From Podarcis bocagei (taxonomy: Eukaryota): a DNA stretch of 64,000 bases. The translations under genes and the position numbers were made by a program. The notes beneath the pieces are model-generated. The model was not told where the DNA came from. It searched no databases and saw nothing but the letters and a program-made list of their open reading frames with translations. Numbering within the stretch: position 1 is the first letter of the stretch; the number at the start of each line of letters is the position of its first letter. Location: assembly GCA_964188305.1 (NCBI GenBank), contig OZ076901.1, one strand, 5' to 3'. Below are positions 57,936 through 64,000 of this stretch, in pieces.

Positions 57936-60900
57936 TACTGGGTTAGTCTATAAGCAAGTAGGTGAGAAGGGGGTTGTCTATGCATCAGTGACAATCCAGT
58001 TGAGGTCAAACAAAATATTCAGGGGGGACAACATGGGTGTGTGTGGAAGTACTAACCTTAAAATCAGAAACAGTTTACATACCTGTCATGAGGTTACCTT
58101 TGGATAAATTACTAAACTACTTTGTCCTTCCCATAGGCAGCAAAACAAGCTACATAACCATCAACAGAGTTAGGAGTCTTGTTCCCAACTGCAGCTCTCT
58201 ATGTCATTTCTCATACTGTTCCAGAGGGTACCCCAGACCTCAAGAGAAGTTTTGAGAGGCACGAGGGGTGGGGCGGGGGGGGTGAGCTGGGCAAAAATCA
58301 AGGGCCCTGCCTTGCAAATGTGGAACTGCTTCCATTAGAGGGGGGAAAACCCACTATGGGATGCAACCTCTGTCATTTACTATTTGTAATAAGAGTTTTA
58401 CTCATATATATTTAAGGACAACTTTAAGCAAGTCTCCCATGTCCTCAGTCCCATGGGAACAATAGGTGCTTGCTCTATTGGGTTTCTGATGACTTGACAG
58501 ACTGAATTTGCAGCCAGGCAAACAGGATTGTTGTGAGGCTGCATGAGACACAGAACACCTTTTGCTTAAAGACAGCACTTCAGAAATTTTAAAACACTGA
58601 AATGAGAATGAGCTAAATTGTGCATCAAGAACGGAAACCAAATAGGATAGCACATTTTTAAACCAGATAATATAAAATAAATGAATCATTAAAAAATGGG
58701 TTGTCCAACACAATTTAGACACATTTACCATGAATATTCATTTTTTCTATGTATAGGCTTTAAAGGGGGGAATAGAAATATTTGTTAAATCTCTTCACAC
58801 ACATATCGCCCAGCACCTTTGACCACAAAGGGGCCGTTCTGCTACTATGAGAAGGGTGTGTAGTATTCTCCCCTCATCCAATTTTGCAAGGTGTCAAGAT
58901 ACATATAGGCTGGGGTTGGCATAGCCATCAGGTGACTTCTTTTCTGACCACAGTCAAATATTGTCAAATATTCCATTATGTCATGGATGCCCCTATGTAG
59001 ATAGCAGCTTCCCAGTTCTGTATTTTATTATAGCACCATTTGTTCCCAAGGGAATGAGTAAGAGCTGCTTGCCCCCTAGACCTGCAATAGATACAGGCAA
59101 ATCTAGCAGCATAGTAAAACTTCTCTTACTGGCTACTCGCTTACATTTCCTGATCACTAGTAGCTACCTGGTATTTTGCAAGAGATCCAGGGCAGTCAAC
59201 TTGCCCAGTGAGCAGAGGTTACAAACTATCACAAGCTATAGTGCAGCAGCTTGCAAGCATATGAAGATACAGTAGTAGAATATGATCTCTCGTTATTTCA
59301 ACAGCACAACTGTCTTTGTTCCTCTCTTAAATCACAGTGGGAGAAATAAAGTTGAAAATGAGGTTATACTAACAATATTATGATGAGCAGAGACCTAGAA
59401 AGCCACAAACTGCTTTCTAGCCAACTTTTACATCAATGTAGAGAATCTTTGTTTTTTTGTTTAAGTGCAAGAATGCTTTGCTTCATGTGTGCCAGTACAA
59501 ATTGTATTATGCTGTCCTGGGTCATTAGGCAAACTAATAATAGATAAGCAAAAAACAAGGGTCATACTGCCTTACAAAGTATATTTATGGGTTCTCCTGA
59601 AGAAAAATACATGTATAGGGTACTGGCTTTCTTTTAAAATAACAGCCACGGAACAACAGTTATCACAATTATCTTAAACATGTTACAAACAGCTAACAAA
59701 CCTGTATAGGGGCTTTCATAAGACAACTTTATATTTGGTGGTGCAATAATATGATAAAAAACAAGTAAAGTTAGTTTCAGGAGAAAGGGGCAAGCTTCTT
59801 ATCCAGGGATCAACAATCTGGTTATTCAATGTTTTTATCCAAAGGAAGTACTTGATACTTGCTCAACTGGATCCAGTCACAAGGCAAACCAAGGAGGGTT
59901 CCTTTCACATAAGAAGTGTTCAAGAGCAAGAAAAGAGAGGCCTAGGAACTTTCGATGTGGTATTTCCAACTTATAACCACTGAGGCTAAACCACTCAGTA
60001 GGAGAAGGGAGAATGTTTCAGTGTTTGTGTTTACCAATCTGCTCCTGGTTATGAACTGAAAACTGTAAATTCTATCCAGTCTATGTTAAAATTCACGGAT
60101 TTGAAGAGGATCCTAAAGAAACAAAGATTTTTGCTGGATCTTCAGTTTTCTGCATTTCCTTCCTATCCCTACAGCCAAACTGTTCCTGATCTCTCTATGT
60201 TTCCTTCCTGCTTTTGTCAAACAAATTAAAAACTTAGTGGTGATTTTTTTAAACTGCATCATACAGAACCACTTAACTGAAACAATTCATTCCACACATG
60301 AATTTTATATTTCCTTGGCACAGAAGAGAAATCAACAGATCAGAACCTTGCACTTTAAAACTAATAGCCTTTCCTTTCAGTTTGGAACCCTATGAGAATC
60401 AGCTCTAACTTCATTAAATTCTTAAGAGAATGCTGTTGTCATTGTCCTTGAACACCTGATAGCTTTGGAAAAAGATGCACTTTCTTAGAGATAAACATGT
60501 TTCCATTGGTTACTGAAATCTAGGGATTAATATGAGCAACCCCACCTCCCTCCCACATATTTGTTTGAAAGAAGGTTGTCAAGAAGACAAACCTTTCAAG
60601 TTACAGCCCAAACCCCAATTGTCTATTTGCCACTGCAAGGCTCCAGTGCCCAAAGTAACTGGCTGATACCAGCAAAGTACAGTGCCCTTAAAGCCCCGTA
60701 TCATGAAAACCAAGAGGCTACAGACTAAAACTACAGCACATGATGTTTCTCACTGTGGGGAAATTGTCACTTCTTGAGGACAAAAAATGCATACCCCAGC
60801 TGCAAAGTCATCATCAACAGAGGAAGAGGGAAGAAGCAAGTCTGCTAAACCAAAAATTCAACAGTATTTATCTCAGTCTTTATCATGTGCTGTCTTATGT

Positions 60901-61460
60901 GAAGATCTGGACTTTCCATGACTGAAAGGAGTTGCATCCAATGTCAGTCCTACTCAGAGGAGACCCATTTTAATTAATGGACCTGACTAACTTAGGTTTA
61001 TCAACTTCAGTGGGACTACTCTAATTAGAGTTGGATATAGCACAGTTTATTTCCATTTGAATGTTTACCGTACTGTATTATTATTTAAATGTGCAGACCA
61101 CATTTAACATCCAAACATCAGAGCAGCATTTTATTTTCATACCAGCTCTGAAAGGTAGGTTATGGTAACAGGAAAATGACTTGTCCAAGTGCCTTCCCAA
61201 ATGAGTTTCGTGCCCTATCAAACTATTTTGCAGCTGCTAAGGCTTCCATGCTGCCTCATCCAACATGTCAGCCCAAATCCAGTAAGCCCAGGGACAAATG
61301 AGCATACATTTGACGCCATGTATCACATCAGGAGCTGCTTTTGACATTCCTGAAGTTGCTCTGATAGCTTCCGGGACAACTCAGTAGAGCTGTTGAAAGT
61401 CCTGATGTATGCAAGAATCATCCTGATCTCTTCTTTGCACTGAAGCCATACTATCTATAT

Positions 61461-61708
61461 CATTGTTCAAAACTCCCATTGTTCCAGGTGCGTTTTGCAA
61501 CAGGGAATTTCATTAGCACGGGCAATTTCTGAACTCTGAGCGCAGTACTGTGCCTAAGATTTCAGATTAAAACTGCAGAGAGCTGCAGTTCATTCATTTT
61601 CAGCTTTGTATTTTTGTTATAAAAAAGCACGCCTAGACATTTCATTGTTGTGCCCACAACCTCGGTTTAAGGTGCCATTTAGCTTTCATATCTCAGTTTC
61701 TAACACTG
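61461..61708. mobile_element. hAT non-autonomous element, copy B (inverted relative to copy A, internally shorter)
   Basis: Perfect 8-bp TSD ATCTATAT (61453-61460 and 61709-61716). Reverse-complement match to 24880-25010 and 25146-25266. Confidence 0.85.
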
Positions 61709-61837
61709 ATCTATATCACTGTTACACACATCCACCATGCAGTTGTATTAGTACCAATCAAACTGCTCACATACAGTAATCATCTATGGAGGCATGGTGG
61801 AAAATTGCACTCAGCTAGAGAGGGGCAGGCTTCCTTA

Positions 61838-62035
61838 CAGTGGTGCCTCACAAGACGAAATTAATCCGTTCCGCGAGTCTCTTCGTCTTGCGGTTTTTTC
61901 GTCCCCTCTTGCTCTCCTGGCTTCGGGTTGCTTTCGCTGAAGCCATGGAGCCTGCATTCACTCCATAAGACGCACACACATTTCCCCTTACTTTTTAGGA
62001 GAGGAAAAGTGTGTCTTATAGAGCGAAAAATACGG
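61838..62035. mobile_element. Composite DNA-transposon remnant (Tigger-like left end, CCGTA-type right end)
   Basis: TA-CAGTGGTGCCTC...TTAATCCGTTCCG on the left; GTCTTATAGAGCGAAAAATACGG-TA on the right. Confidence 0.7.
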
Positions 62036-62544
62036 TACCTCTGGGCAACCTCCAGTGGAAGAATGAAAGGCAGAGAGGAGATAGTACGCACATGTTCCCT
62101 AGAACTCCTGATCAGGAAACGGGCTCAGGAGTACAGAGTACTGACAACTGTGTCTCACTGGCAAAGGCAGGGAGGGGTGGAGAGCAAGAAAGAGCACAAG
62201 TTTCTGCTGTCTTAGTCTCTCCTAGGCTAGCACCCTACACTCTAACTCTAGGGAAGTGAGATAGAGCAGCCACTGCTGTAAAAAGACAGCACTGCACTAA
62301 TGACAGTTACCTCTAATGGCTAGCTGCCCAAGCTTCTCAGTGCATGGGAGAGATGCTGGAGAGCAAGCAGAGGAGTGTGGTTGAGGGGGTGGAATATCTG
62401 ATTTTTCTCGCTCTTAAAACACCCAGTCACATTACAGGTAACTGGACAGCAGCAACAGCAGGAAGAGCTAACTACAGAACTTGTGAGGGTGGGTCTTAGA
62501 ATCACCAGCTCATAATAATATGGAACACATTGTTTCCCCCCAAG

Positions 62545-62741
62545 CAGGGCTGGCCCAATACATTTTGGCACCTGAGGCAGATCCCAAAATAGTACCCCAC
62601 TTCCTGCCAGGGAAGAAGGAGTAAGGGAAGATCTACATCAGAAAGAAGAGGAAAGAAAATCAACATCAGGATCTGCTGCCCCAGAGGATCCGGCCAACCG
62701 AAGCAGTCGCCTCACCTTGCCTCATGTATGAACCAGCCATA
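62545..62741. mobile_element. hAT-like MITE (CAGGGCT-ended)
   Basis: TIR CAGGGCTGGC / ACCAGCCATA (degenerate); 8-bp TSD CCCCCAAG / CCCCCTAG. Confidence 0.6.
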
Positions 62742-64000
62742 CCCCCTAGTAATTATAGCGAATGATAAAGCTTTTACATAAAGGCTACAGTACACCCAGG
62801 GAATTCACTACTGCTTTTGCATAGCACCCTGAAGATATCCTGAAGTAAGCAAAGAACATACAAAATTAGTAGCTGGACAGGCCATTGGACAAAAATGTTG
62901 CTCTTCTTCTTCAGGAGATGATAAGAACAAAATCCACATTTTCCGATAAAGAAGTTGCTTTTGCTATGAAAACAATTATAAGACAAAAAGATCTGCTGCA
63001 TATTTCACTTTTATTCTTTGGCTATTGCTTTCCAGCATTGCAAAAATCCTTGTAGGCACCCAAAATGTCAGAAAACTAGAAAATACTGCAAGGTGGAATG
63101 CTCTTGTTTCATCCACCCAGCCATGCCCTCATCCATGATACTCCATTTCATCTCCTTTCTCACCTAGTTTTTCCTTTTCTCTCCCAACAATCTGTCAGCA
63201 GTCCACTGCCACGCTCAGTTCCTACTAAACTGTTTTGGCAACAACAACAAAAACACCCCTTGGCACTTTTCTTCTTCTTCTTTTTGGTACTTTTGCAAAC
63301 ATTGAGGTTTCCCTAAAGTCTGCTAATATTTCTCTCTTGTGCATAGATAGTGCCATTTTGGCTACATGAAGATACACATTGACCTCTAAACTACAGAAAC
63401 AGATTTGGGGAAATGAAACACAAATGGGGCAAGCCAATCTCAGAGGTAGAAAGTGGGATAGTCATAATAGCTGCAAAAATCCTTCAAAAAACCCAGTGCA
63501 ACTGTGGGAATGATTCCCCACCCCACACCTCAAGGATCGGGAGAGGGACTGTGGACAGTTTTGGCACTGCATTTCAAAAGCATCCCAAGCACCTTAGAAG
63601 TGCAGCAACAAACTGATATACTGCAGACTTACTCCTTGAAGAAGGGAGAAGGGGGCTTGTGTTGCCGCTGCTTTTCCAAATACTTTGGAAGAGCAATGTA
63701 ACTGTAGGAGCAATCCTCACCTCACCCTGCTATCCAGGTCCAAGTTTGGAGTTGAGGAAGAGAATAGAAGATTGCCCTTGACATTGTATATGGGGACATA
63801 GCACTAAGCCAGGGACACAATCCTTTCCTTTGGGAGAGAGCAGGTTGCTAGCGACCACAAATTTTTGGTTGGCCAGCAAGGCCCACAAAAAATTTCTGAA
63901 TCACAAACACAATAAATCTATGAAGCTCCAATCAGTCATAACAAGCAACTTCACATAAAATGCGTTCATTTAACTTTCTCCACTTAATTGCTTCACAAGA

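Noticed and set aside
61840-62040. CpG-rich patch as the RABEP1 promoter or exon 1
   Set aside because: Too short, and explained by a young DNA-transposon remnant.
1-64000. CRISPR arrays, operons, rRNA, snoRNA/miRNA genes or U12-type introns
   Set aside because: This is a eukaryotic intron-exon locus with no regularly spaced repeat arrays. None of the mapped donors has the RTATCCTT motif, and I could not recognise any ncRNA by eye. An Infernal/Rfam scan would be needed to exclude small ncRNAs.

Overview
This is vertebrate nuclear DNA, almost certainly squamate and probably a lacertid lizard, judged from its SINE and LINE content. It holds two convergent (tail-to-tail) spliced genes. NUP88 (+) is complete: 17 coding exons from 76 to 17024, all introns GT-AG, splicing to a 2196-nt ORF (731 aa plus stop). 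It starts in a CpG island carrying a ZNF143/THAP11-type motif. RABEP1/rabaptin-5 (-) is present as coding exons 2-18 (49869 down to 21404, 2540 nt, frame intact). Its exon 1 was not found and most likely lies beyond 64000. The 4.4 kb between the two stop codons has no recognisable transposons and has poly(A) signals on both strands. The introns carry many mobile elements: three full-length Sauria SINEs with target-site duplications (TSDs), Squam3-like SINEs, CR1-tailed SINEs with two different tRNA heads (Lys and Ile), CR1, BovB, L2 and Penelope fragments, and hAT, Tc1/mariner and palindromic MITEs. Almost all ORF-track entries outside the exons are spurious. I found no convincing new gene or system. 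The best leads are SINE head-swapping, a hAT MITE pair with perfect TSDs, a chimeric DNA-transposon element, a candidate poison exon, and several splice-site oddities. Gene and repeat names come from recalled sequence similarity, not from database searches.
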